DNA of 44,535 nucleotides from a virus (Duplodnaviria > Caudoviricetes), in the IMG/VR virus record IMGVR_UViG_3300033067_001518, positions 1 to 44,535 of that record. One strand, given 5' to 3'. The first letter of the stretch is position 1. Each line of letters starts with the position of its first letter. The notes beneath the pieces are model-generated. The model saw only the letters and a program-made list of their open reading frames with translations, was not told the DNA's origin and ran no database searches. Below, piece by piece: positions 8,469-17,189 of the stretch. The translations under genes were made by a program, and so were the position numbers.

Positions 8469-9105
8469 ACACATTGCCATTTTATTATTAGTTATAGCTT
8501 CGTCTTGCACTACTGTTCAAAAAACTGGACCAGTATTAGGTGAGACACAACTCCCCAAGTCCGAGACTCCAATGACGGAATCTGGACCTGTAATAACACC
8601 ATCACCTGTTGCTAAACCAGATGTTGGTGTTATTACAAAAATTATATCTCTAAAGTGTAATGAAACATGCACTGATTCAGAGAGAAAAGAGCTTCCAGGC
8701 ATTGAAGATGCAATGAACGAGACTCTTGCTAGTAAATGTTTTGAGGATTATATAAAATCACCAGGAAGAAGACTTGATTACACAAAAGACACTCCTGACC
8801 AGATTGTAAAGAAGATGAGAATACCAACAGAGCTTACTTTGGACTACTACTATCAAAGAAGTGCTGCTCTTGGGTATGAATCTGCAGATGATTTTTCTGT
8901 GATACACTTTAATCGTCGTAATCTAGGGGGATGGACGAAGTGTGATAAGGCATCACTCGGTGCGCACGAGCTATCACACTCCAAGGGATATTTTCATATG
9001 GGCAATCGTGCATCCCCCAATTATTATTCTGTTCCATATCAAATTAACCATGCATTTGATCAAAAATCATATGATGATTATAATGGTGGGTGTTGCAAAG
9101 AATGA
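8461..9105 (+). CDS. Lipoprotein with HEXXH zinc-metallopeptidase motif
   Basis: MIKHIAILLLVIASSC lipobox-like signal; HELSHSKGYFH; several Cys. Confidence 0.75.
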   Translation: MIKHIAILLLVIASSCTTVQKTGPVLGETQLPKSETPMTESGPVITPSPVAKPDVGVITKIISLKCNETCTDSERKELPGIEDAMNETLASKCFEDYIKSPGRRLDYTKDTPDQIVKKMRIPTELTLDYYYQRSAALGYESADDFSVIHFNRRNLGGWTKCDKASLGAHELSHSKGYFHMGNRASPNYYSVPYQINHAFDQKSYDDYNGGCCKE

Positions 9106-9347
9106 GTTACACAGAAAGTCTTAGAGAAAAACTAAGGGAATTTCTTAGATCCGGTCCAACTGGATTTACCATTGAGAAAAGAACAGGAATTCATCGTCAA
9201 ATCATTGCAAGATTCTCTCAGGGAACTGTAGAGGGTATAAACTTTGAAAATGGCATGACATTAAGAAGATTTTTAAAGCAGTGGGAAAAGGAGTTTGGAA
9301 ATGCCGAAAAAAGATATACCGGAAGGGTCAGTAAAGATCGAGTTTGA
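9102..9347 (+). CDS. Small HTH-like protein
   Basis: TGFTIEKRTGIHRQIIARFSQG resembles a helix-turn-helix; ATGA overlap. Confidence 0.55.
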   Translation: MSYTESLREKLREFLRSGPTGFTIEKRTGIHRQIIARFSQGTVEGINFENGMTLRRFLKQWEKEFGNAEKRYTGRVSKDRV

Positions 9348-9486
9348 TATTCAAGTTACTAAAGGTGGAAAACAAATAGAGCTTTTAATTAGATCAAAAT
9401 ATCCAATATCTTTTGATGAAATGCATGCGATAGTTGATGAGATCCAGGTGATGCAAATGCAGGATGATGATATTCAGTTAAATTAA
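9301..9486 (+). CDS. Hypothetical protein
   Basis: AAGGAG upstream, MPKKDIPEGSVKIEFDIQV. Confidence 0.6.
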   Translation: MPKKDIPEGSVKIEFDIQVTKGGKQIELLIRSKYPISFDEMHAIVDEIQVMQMQDDDIQLN

Positions 9487-9489
9487 AGT

Positions 9490-9517
9490 TTGAATTTTTG
9501 TTTAATTTGTATAGCAT
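9490..9517 (+). promoter_or_regulatory. Possible promoter for the tRNA-like RNA and late block
   Basis: TTGAAT-16 nt-TAGCAT ending 7 nt before the RNA. Confidence 0.4.
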
Positions 9518-9524
9518 TGATCTG

Positions 9525-9612
9525 TGCAGAGTAACTCAACGGTTAGAGATTCTTCATTAGCGACATGGATGTTGTATGAGATGGTTGGTAGGTTCGAGTC
9601 CTCCCTCTGCAC
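9525..9612 (+). ncRNA. tRNA-like RNA without a canonical anticodon arm
   Basis: Acceptor TGCAGAG/CTCTGCA, TA at 8-9, D arm ACTC-AACGGTTA-GAGA, T arm GTAGG-TTCGAGT-CCTCC; 38 nt between D and T arms. Confidence 0.7.
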
Positions 9613-9669
9613 AATTAAAAGGAAACAAATATGCGATTAAAATCGAATATAATTATGAAAGGAAATGTT

Positions 9670-9747
9670 ATGGCTAAGAAAAAAACAGCTAAGAAAAAGA
9701 TCGTTGCTAAAAAAGCAGCAAAAAAAGCAACTAAAAAAATGTGCTAA
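9670..9747 (+). CDS. Lys/Ala-rich micro-protein (H1-tail-like; not in ORF track)
   Basis: MAKKKTAKKKIVAKKAAKKATKKMC after AAGGA; in-frame alternative ATG at 9631. Confidence 0.7.
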   Translation: MAKKKTAKKKIVAKKAAKKATKKMC

Positions 9748-9797
9748 TATAAATCTTGAGCCGCCGATCTGATTGATTGGCGGCAAAGGAATTAAAT

Positions 9798-10304
9798 ATG
9801 AAATTAGGTCGCATGGCTGAGAGGCTAGCTAAACAAATGGACGATAAAAAGCCACGCAAGCCAGAAGTAATTGCAGATAACAGACAAGTAGTATCTCGCG
9901 CAGAAAATCCATCTGGTTATCACAATAGAAATCATATTGAAGATCGAATAGCGCAAGCGATAGACCACAAGGCAGAGCTTAAAAGACACGCACATTTGTT
10001 AGAAAAGCTTGCAAACACAAAAGATGTTAATGGATTTTTCCAAGATATATCTCCAGGCATTGCAGCAGAATTATTATTGCTTGCAACTGATCCAACATCG
10101 TCAGACAAAATTAAATTAGAAGCAATTCGTGATATTCTAGATCGCGCAGGACATGGAAAAGTAACTAAACATGCTGTAGCTAGATTTGATGCTTCTACAT
10201 CTAAGGATGCAATCATTTCATCAATATTAGGTAACAAAAAAGACTTAGGTAGAGTCGGAATTGAGATCACAGATGACGAAGACAGTGAAGATCAAGCGGA
10301 GTGA
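9798..10304 (+). CDS. Putative terminase small subunit
   Basis: Directly upstream of and overlapping TerL; IKLEAIRDILDRAG helix motif; SD before ATG 9798. Confidence 0.65.
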   Translation: MKLGRMAERLAKQMDDKKPRKPEVIADNRQVVSRAENPSGYHNRNHIEDRIAQAIDHKAELKRHAHLLEKLANTKDVNGFFQDISPGIAAELLLLATDPTSSDKIKLEAIRDILDRAGHGKVTKHAVARFDASTSKDAIISSILGNKKDLGRVGIEITDDEDSEDQAE

Positions 10305-11799
10305 TCTAGAGAAACTGTCTCGTGATGAACTTATTGCCATTGCAAAAGAAGCCGATAAGATTAAAGAGGCTGCAAAGTTTAGAACTATTGAGAGTTATCA
10401 AGAAACAGCACACGAAAAGCAAATAGAGTTTAGTAAAGCAGCATCTAAGCACAGAATGAGATTTTTCCTTGGTGGTAATAGATCTGGTAAATCTACAGCA
10501 GGTTTTGTTGAGGATATTCTTCTCGCAACAGGAAGACATCCATACCTAAAGAAGTGGAAAATTCCATGTAAAGGCCTTGTAGTAGTGCAAGATTTTGAAA
10601 CTCACTGTAAAAATATTTTAGAACCAAAATTTGATGAATGGACACCAAAGGGTGATCTATTAAAAGTTGATCGCAATCAAACCGGTGCTATTAAAAAGCT
10701 ATTCTTTAAGTGCGGATCAGTAATTGATGTAGCTTCACACGATCAGGACATGAAAGTATTTGAAGGTACTGATTATGACTTTGTTCACTTCGACGAACCT
10801 CCACCAAGAAAGATTTTTGTAGCAGTTTGGCGTGGTCTTACTGATAGAGGTGGTCTTTTGTTCATGACAGCAACACCACTAATGTCACCATGGCTCTATC
10901 GAATTTACAAAAACTATCTCGCTGGAGATCCTCTAATTTGGTTTGAGATGGTCAAGACATTAGACAATGCAAAAAATATTGGAGAGGGAAATGCAGAGCT
11001 TGGAAAGAAGAGAATTCAAGAATTCGCGTCTCAATTAGATGATGATGAGAGAGCAGCTCGTCTTGATGGTGAGATGGCACAAATGCGAGGACTTGTTTTT
11101 AAGTCTTGGGATGCAAAACACCATCTTATTAAGCCATTCCCAATTCCTGCTAACTGGAAAATTTTTGAATCTATAGATCCGCATCCTCAAAAGCCATGGG
11201 CAGTATCTTGGACAGCAGAGTCTGATTCTGGTCAGAAGATTTTGATTAGATCTGAGTATATAGAGGGAGATATTGAGGATATTGCATCACAAATTATTTT
11301 TGGAAGATCACAACTTCGTATTAAAGGTTCAAACAATCCAAGAATTGTGCGCTGTCTCATAGATAACTACGCTTCTGTTCCATTATGGCAAAAATCAAAC
11401 ACAGATCCTACAGCAGAACGTCTCAGTGTTCGAGAAGAACTAGAAAACTACATAGGACCAAACGTTGGTGGACCACAAGTTGAAGTTGCTCCAAAGAATA
11501 TTGCACAAAAAATTGATTTATTTAAAGGATGGCTAAAAATAAGAGACAACTTAGAAGGTGGTATGGAGAGTCATTTTTATGTATTTGATATTCCAGAAAA
11601 TGCAGATTTTGTATCTGAAATAGAAGAATATGTTTGGGAAGAGTCAAAAGATCACAAATTAAAAGACAAACCAAAAAAATTAAACGATGATATTCTGGAC
11701 ACTGTCATGCAACTTGCTCTTACTATACCAAAAGATATGGTTGAACAGGACTTGACACCAGTAAAAATTATGAGGCACACTTCATGGACAGTAAGATGA
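10273..11799 (+). CDS. terL: Terminase large subunit
   Basis: GGNRSGKS Walker A, VHFDEPP Walker B, MTATPL, nuclease SIDPH...DDILD. Confidence 0.95.
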   Translation: MTKTVKIKRSDLEKLSRDELIAIAKEADKIKEAAKFRTIESYQETAHEKQIEFSKAASKHRMRFFLGGNRSGKSTAGFVEDILLATGRHPYLKKWKIPCKGLVVVQDFETHCKNILEPKFDEWTPKGDLLKVDRNQTGAIKKLFFKCGSVIDVASHDQDMKVFEGTDYDFVHFDEPPPRKIFVAVWRGLTDRGGLLFMTATPLMSPWLYRIYKNYLAGDPLIWFEMVKTLDNAKNIGEGNAELGKKRIQEFASQLDDDERAARLDGEMAQMRGLVFKSWDAKHHLIKPFPIPANWKIFESIDPHPQKPWAVSWTAESDSGQKILIRSEYIEGDIEDIASQIIFGRSQLRIKGSNNPRIVRCLIDNYASVPLWQKSNTDPTAERLSVREELENYIGPNVGGPQVEVAPKNIAQKIDLFKGWLKIRDNLEGGMESHFYVFDIPENADFVSEIEEYVWEESKDHKLKDKPKKLNDDILDTVMQLALTIPKDMVEQDLTPVKIMRHTSWTVR

Positions 11800-14006
11800 A
11801 AGATTCAATTAGATTTAACACTCTTGATATTGGTAAAATTGATGCAGAAAAGCTTGGTAGTGATATTCGCTATGAGTGGACAAATGGCAATGACAATAGA
11901 TCTGAATTTCTTCAAAAAAGAGAAGAATACACATCTAATTGGAGAGATTTAAACAAGCAACCAAATCAAGGCCCATGGGAAAATAGCTCTAATTTTAACA
12001 TCCCAATCACTCTTTTTTACGGAAAAGCGATTCATGCTCGTATTTGGCAGATTTTCTCAGACCAAAATGCATTTTTTGGTGTTCAAGCTAAGAGAGAAGC
12101 GTTTGAAAATAAGGAACAGCCAATCCAGCAGTTCATGCAATTTGTTTTGAATGATTATTCAAACGGAAAACAAGGAACTCGTGACGTTTTTGACGAGTGG
12201 CTTTGGGATAACGTGTTTGATGGATCTGGATTTCTTAAAGTTTACTGGCAAAAAGATGAAGTTGAGTATCTTGAGGTAGTTCCTACTGTTGATGTTAAGG
12301 AAAAACTAATTTTTGATAAAGATAATCTCACCGGTCGTACTGAATTTGAGACAAAACAGTATGAAACTGAAGAGATTAAAACTGAAGTAATTGAAACACC
12401 TCACATTAAGCGTATTTTGCTAGAAGATTTCTTGATGCCTCCGGGTCAAAGTGATCCACAGACATCTGATTATGCTACACACAGAATTTTCATGACATCA
12501 AATGATCTCAAGGCTCGTGCTCGTGAAGGTAAGTTTGATAAAGATATTGTTTCTGAGTGTTTAGAACATAATCATAACTTTATTAATGGAGATCAATCTA
12601 CACAGATAAAGCGTGACAAATTGTCACAAGAAGGAATTGATGATTTTGATGGTTACTATGAAAACTATCATGCAGTTCTAGAGAGATACGGAAAGATTCT
12701 TGTTAAGAAGAAAATTGAAGGAAATGAAGACGAAGATTTTGACGAGACAATGCAAGAAGCGGTTGTATGGGTACATCAGGCTACCGGTAAAGTTCTTGGT
12801 TGGACTTACCTCTATCGTATTTCTCCTTCTGGAATTCGTCCTATCTTCAAGTCTGATTTTATTAAGTTTCCTGATCGTAACGTTGGTGTTGGTGTTGCGG
12901 AAGTATTGTCACCAATCAACCAAGCGATAAATGCAACATACAATTTGAGGCAGGATAATGGGCAGTTGGCATCAACTCCATTTGGTTTTTATAAAGCAGC
13001 CGCTGGATTAAAGCCAGACCGGTACAGAATTGAACCAGGTGTAATGATCCCAACTGATAACCCACAAACTGATGTTAAAATGGTTCAAATGCCATTCTTA
13101 AATGGTTTTGGTTATCAAGAAGAGGAAAGATTAATTGGATACGCCGAGCGAACTCTATCAATTAGCGACCTTCAGATTAAAGGTTCTTCAGAAAAAGTTG
13201 GATTATTTAGAACTGCTTCTGGAGCGTCAGCGGTCCAAGCAGAAAGCGGAATTCAGCTTGAAATCCACTTTGATCGAATCGCAAGAACGATGTCTAAAAT
13301 GCTTCAATGTTTATTTAGGCTCTGCAGAGAGCGAATGCCATCAGATCTTTATTTTAGAATCACTGGTGAAGACGGTAATCCGATCTTTGGAAAAGTAAAT
13401 CGTGAGGATCTGAAGGGTGAATATGATTTCGACATTAATATCGATGTTTTATCACAGGGAAAGATCGCTCAGCAGCAATCTGCTACACTCCTTCTTCAGA
13501 CACTTCTTAATCCTGCTTTTATGCAAACCGGCGTTGTCACTCCTGATAACCTATATAATATGGCTAAGAACTACTTGATTAAAAATCGTGTTACACGTCC
13601 TGATCAATATGTTTCTCAGCCACCACAATACCAAGGTGAAATTCTTACTCCTCGTGAGCAGATTTTCAGAATTGTTGTTGGTCAATTTCAAGATCCACCG
13701 ATTGCAAGCACTGTTAGATTATCTGATAATCATGAAAAAGCGTTGGCTGCTTATGAAGCTTTTAGAAATTCAGATCACTTTGGATTACTTGCAACACAAG
13801 ATCAGCTCAATGCTTTCCAAAGTTTGATTGATGCAAATACGCAAATGATGATGGCAGCACAAGCTGGTGGTAATCCAAACATGGCTGGAGTGCAAACACC
13901 TCGTGATGGAATGCAACCTATGGAGGCTATGCAAGGTGGTGGTCAAGGAGTTAGCCAGGGAACTTTAGGAGCACCAATGGGTGAAACTCCGGGACCGATT
14001 CAATAG
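11796..14006 (+). CDS. Portal protein (P22-like size)
   Basis: About 736 aa after TerL (ATGA overlap); PWENSSN, GVGVAEVLSPINQAIN, RTASG motifs. Confidence 0.88.
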   Translation: MKDSIRFNTLDIGKIDAEKLGSDIRYEWTNGNDNRSEFLQKREEYTSNWRDLNKQPNQGPWENSSNFNIPITLFYGKAIHARIWQIFSDQNAFFGVQAKREAFENKEQPIQQFMQFVLNDYSNGKQGTRDVFDEWLWDNVFDGSGFLKVYWQKDEVEYLEVVPTVDVKEKLIFDKDNLTGRTEFETKQYETEEIKTEVIETPHIKRILLEDFLMPPGQSDPQTSDYATHRIFMTSNDLKARAREGKFDKDIVSECLEHNHNFINGDQSTQIKRDKLSQEGIDDFDGYYENYHAVLERYGKILVKKKIEGNEDEDFDETMQEAVVWVHQATGKVLGWTYLYRISPSGIRPIFKSDFIKFPDRNVGVGVAEVLSPINQAINATYNLRQDNGQLASTPFGFYKAAAGLKPDRYRIEPGVMIPTDNPQTDVKMVQMPFLNGFGYQEEERLIGYAERTLSISDLQIKGSSEKVGLFRTASGASAVQAESGIQLEIHFDRIARTMSKMLQCLFRLCRERMPSDLYFRITGEDGNPIFGKVNREDLKGEYDFDINIDVLSQGKIAQQQSATLLLQTLLNPAFMQTGVVTPDNLYNMAKNYLIKNRVTRPDQYVSQPPQYQGEILTPREQIFRIVVGQFQDPPIASTVRLSDNHEKALAAYEAFRNSDHFGLLATQDQLNAFQSLIDANTQMMMAAQAGGNPNMAGVQTPRDGMQPMEAMQGGGQGVSQGTLGAPMGETPGPIQ

Positions 14007-14018
14007 ATAGGAGAATGA

Positions 14019-14384
14019 ATGAACTTTTTTAAAAGAAAAAATAAATCAACAGAGATTATTGAACTTAATCAGGAAAAGTTAAGTAACCAAATGAGAGAGA
14101 TTGGTGATCGATTGAGTGAATACAAAGATGATCCTGCTCTTAAGGATATTCTTAATTTGATTAAAGTTGGTAAGGATTTAGCAATTCTAAGTTGTGCTTC
14201 AGCAAAAGATGATAAAGATCGTGTTTTTTCGCAGAGCAAAGTAGAATCTTATAATGATATTCAGCACTTCATAGAAGTTTCTATCAATCGCAAGGTGGTA
14301 GAACGCCGAGAAGGAAAGAAACCAGTTTCAGGAACATTTAATGCATTCAGACGTGCATCAAACCAGGCAAATTCTGCCGTATAA
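14019..14384 (+). CDS. Hypothetical head-module protein
   Basis: AGGAG SD; helical protein after portal. Confidence 0.75.
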   Translation: MNFFKRKNKSTEIIELNQEKLSNQMREIGDRLSEYKDDPALKDILNLIKVGKDLAILSCASAKDDKDRVFSQSKVESYNDIQHFIEVSINRKVVERREGKKPVSGTFNAFRRASNQANSAV

Positions 14385-14399
14385 AGAAAGGAGCTAAAA

Positions 14400-14510
14400 A
14401 TGGCTAAATCAGCAGCACTTCGCGAGAAGCAAGGAATGATGAAAAAAGGATCTAAAAAAGAAGATTCTTCTTATAAGAAGACAAAAAAACAACCAAAGAA
14501 GAAAAAATAA
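14400..14510 (+). CDS. 36-aa Lys-rich micro-protein (not in ORF track)
   Basis: AAGGAG SD; MAKSAALREKQGMMKKGSKKEDSSYKKTKKQPKKKK. Confidence 0.7.
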   Translation: MAKSAALREKQGMMKKGSKKEDSSYKKTKKQPKKKK

Positions 14511-14543
14511 CAAATTTGACGTTTTAAAAACGAAAGGGGTATC

Positions 14544-15206
14544 ATGAATACAGATACTACAGTTGATGGTTCTGAACAAAACCAAAGCGACAGTGCCGAA
14601 AGCACGGTTGATTATAAAGCAGAATTAGCGGCTCTAAAAGAGCAAAACGCTGAACTTCTGAATGGATTAAGATCGCTTCAAGCGGCTCAGACGAAGCCAG
14701 TAGAAGAAAAACAAATGTCAAAAGAGGACTTCGCAAAGCTCCTCACAGACGATCCTCGAACAGCATTTAGTCATGCATTTAAGGGTGAAGTTGCCCAAGT
14801 TGAGAAAAATCTCACACAAAAGCAACAAGCAACTTATTATGATGAAAAAGCTGAAAGGGATTTCCCACTGATAACAAAAGATACTAAGTTTCAACAGTTA
14901 GTAAAGTCTGAAACTCAGAGACTAATATCAGCAGGAACTCCGAAAGATTCTCCAATGCTTGTCTATATTGCTGCAGAAAATGCAGCACTTAAATACAAAG
15001 GAAGTCAAGAAACTACAGCTAGAGAAAGTAAAACATCTTCTGGCGAAGCTCCTTCAAAAGTAATTCCTAAGTCTGGTGATAAATCACTACCTAAGAATTT
15101 CGATAAGATGGCAGCAATGTTTAACTTGAGTGATAAAGCAAAAGAGAAGGCTAAAGAGAACTTTGCATATCGTGCAGAACTCGAAGCAAGAAAGAACAGA
15201 GGATAG
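14544..15206 (+). CDS. Putative scaffolding protein
   Basis: Acidic N-terminus, coiled coil, between portal and capsid. Confidence 0.7.
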   Translation: MNTDTTVDGSEQNQSDSAESTVDYKAELAALKEQNAELLNGLRSLQAAQTKPVEEKQMSKEDFAKLLTDDPRTAFSHAFKGEVAQVEKNLTQKQQATYYDEKAERDFPLITKDTKFQQLVKSETQRLISAGTPKDSPMLVYIAAENAALKYKGSQETTARESKTSSGEAPSKVIPKSGDKSLPKNFDKMAAMFNLSDKAKEKAKENFAYRAELEARKNRG

Positions 15207-15207
15207 T

Positions 15208-15657
15208 ATGAATATTGACTTTAAAAATTTTAAGAAACATCGTCCAACAGATCCAAGTGATCCAGGCTTTACTATTCCAGGTGCAAAGTTGCGCTGGATT
15301 TCTGGTAGAGTACGCGAGAGAAGCGATTCTAGTGGTTTATGGATTCCTCTTCGTAAGGAGAAGATGCCAAAAGAACTAGTTGAACACATTGAAAACTGTT
15401 ATCCAGGTGCTTTTTCAGCTGGTGATACAGTAAGGCGCGGAAGTGGAGAGCTTATTTTAGCTTATGCATCTGTAGAACAGGTTAAGAATCAACGTAAATA
15501 TATTGATACTGCTACTAGAGATCAGATGAGTAGAGCTAGAATTATGCCAAACATGACAGATGTTGGTAATAAAAAAGATTTTGCTAAGATCGAAGAATAT
15601 GAGGAGTCGGCCAGTTCTATTCCGAGTCAATTCCTCAAGCTAACACCATCGGAATAG
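15208..15657 (+). CDS. Conserved head-module hypothetical protein
   Basis: PGAKLRWI...GLWIP...VRRGSGELILA; start ATG 15208. Confidence 0.7.
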   Translation: MNIDFKNFKKHRPTDPSDPGFTIPGAKLRWISGRVRERSDSSGLWIPLRKEKMPKELVEHIENCYPGAFSAGDTVRRGSGELILAYASVEQVKNQRKYIDTATRDQMSRARIMPNMTDVGNKKDFAKIEEYEESASSIPSQFLKLTPSE

Positions 15658-15687
15658 ATAACTATTCTTCCAAGGAGGGAGTAATAA

Positions 15688-16182
15688 ATGGCTAATCCAA
15701 ACGTACCATTTGGTTTTGAACCAATCAAAACTGATGGGAAAGAAAACAAAGTTGGTTATTACGAGAAAGAAGCATCTGCTATCTATCGTGGTGACGCTCT
15801 TCATATGACTGCAAACGGTAAAGTCCAAGTGGCTGCTGCCGGTGAGGTTATTTGTGGAGTTGCTGCTGAATCAAAGTCTGCATCTGATACATCTGCAATT
15901 GCAGTTTATGATGATGCTGATCAAGAGTTCATGGTTCAATCAAGCGGAGTATTTGCTCAGACTAACGTTGGTAACAACGCTGACATCGTAGCAAATGCTG
16001 CTGATACAACCTTGTCTCATTCAAAGCATTCAATCGATATTTCTACCAGTGCAGTAACTGCAACTCTTCAGTTCAAAATGTTGGGCTTGAAGTCTCGCGG
16101 TGAAAATGCAATGGGTAACTATGCAATTATCGTTGTAAAACCAAACAATCACATTAAATCTGCTGGAGTAGCAGGAATCTAA
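15688..16182 (+). CDS. Putative capsid decoration/cement protein
   Basis: MANPNVPFGFEP...AIYRGD...VYDDADQEFMVQ beta-rich protein directly before the major capsid gene; strong SD. Confidence 0.7.
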   Translation: MANPNVPFGFEPIKTDGKENKVGYYEKEASAIYRGDALHMTANGKVQVAAAGEVICGVAAESKSASDTSAIAVYDDADQEFMVQSSGVFAQTNVGNNADIVANAADTTLSHSKHSIDISTSAVTATLQFKMLGLKSRGENAMGNYAIIVVKPNNHIKSAGVAGI

Positions 16183-16197
16183 GAAAGGAAATGACAA

Positions 16198-17115
16198 ATG
16201 TTAAAACGTAGTAATTTACCGGATCTATATTTGGCAGATGCACTTCCATTTTTGGAAGCTGTGATCGAAGAAAAGTATGAGGAATATCCCTCTGTAGCAG
16301 AAATGCTATTTAACGTTCGCGACATGAAGAATGGTATCGCTCAACACTCCCAAGTGTCATCTTTGATGGCAGCTGGTCAAGTTGGTGAAGGCGAAGAAGT
16401 TCCTCAAGACAAGATCGTTCAAGGCTACAGCAAGACATATCTTGCTCGTAAGTTTGGGATTATGCTTTCTACTTCTCAAGAAGCAATTGATGATGAACGT
16501 TTTGATAGCATCTCTAAAAATGCTGGAAAACTTGGTCGCGCTGTACGTTCTGCAGAGGAAATCGATGCAGCAAGTATTTTGAACACAGCATTCTCTACCG
16601 TTGGTAACGATGGTAAAGTATTGTGTGCAACTGACCATCCATTACTTGCTCCAGGTGCTGGAACTAGCTCAAACACATTGGCTGCTGCTTCAGATCTTTC
16701 AATCACTTCATTGAAAGACTTGATCACAGTATTTAAGAAACAACTTGATACAGCTGGTAACAAGTTGATGATTAAGCCTAAGAAACTAGTAGTTCCAAGT
16801 GAACTTGAGTATCTTGCTTATGAGCTTCTTAAATCTTCTTATCTTCCAGAAGGATCGTTTAACAACGTGAACTCTGTTGGTAACGGTGGTTTGTATTCAA
16901 TTGAACCTCAGTGTTGGGAATATCTAACAGACAGTGATGCTTTCTTCTTGATGGCTGACAAGTCTGATCATGAGATTTACCAATTCTTCTCTAAGCGTCC
17001 AGAAATCAAGCAATCTATGGATTTCAAAACAGACGTTGCTTTGACTCGCATCATCGCACGTTGGGATGTTGGTTACAGTGACTGGCGCGGTATCTGCGGA
17101 TCTCCAGGAGCCTGA
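16198..17115 (+). CDS. Major capsid protein (Mu gpT-like)
   Basis: GNDGKVLCATDHP, IKPKKLVVPSEL, YLTDSDAFFL, GYSDWRGICGSPGA; high-expression codon bias; followed by terminator. Confidence 0.9.
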   Translation: MLKRSNLPDLYLADALPFLEAVIEEKYEEYPSVAEMLFNVRDMKNGIAQHSQVSSLMAAGQVGEGEEVPQDKIVQGYSKTYLARKFGIMLSTSQEAIDDERFDSISKNAGKLGRAVRSAEEIDAASILNTAFSTVGNDGKVLCATDHPLLAPGAGTSSNTLAAASDLSITSLKDLITVFKKQLDTAGNKLMIKPKKLVVPSELEYLAYELLKSSYLPEGSFNNVNSVGNGGLYSIEPQCWEYLTDSDAFFLMADKSDHEIYQFFSKRPEIKQSMDFKTDVALTRIIARWDVGYSDWRGICGSPGA

Positions 17116-17128
17116 TTAATAATTAATT

Positions 17129-17161
17129 TGTGGGAGGAGCATTGCTTCTCCCACATTTTTT
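17129..17161 (+). terminator. Intrinsic terminator after major capsid gene
   Basis: TGTGGGAGGAGC-ATT-GCTTCTCCCACA then TTTTTT. Confidence 0.9.
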
Positions 17162-17189
17162 GTTACCATTAAACACAAGAGGTAATTAG

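Noticed and set aside
9525-9612. Canonical tRNA-Leu(TAG) or tRNA-Met(CAT)
   Set aside because: No 5-bp stem closes a 7-nt loop around either triplet
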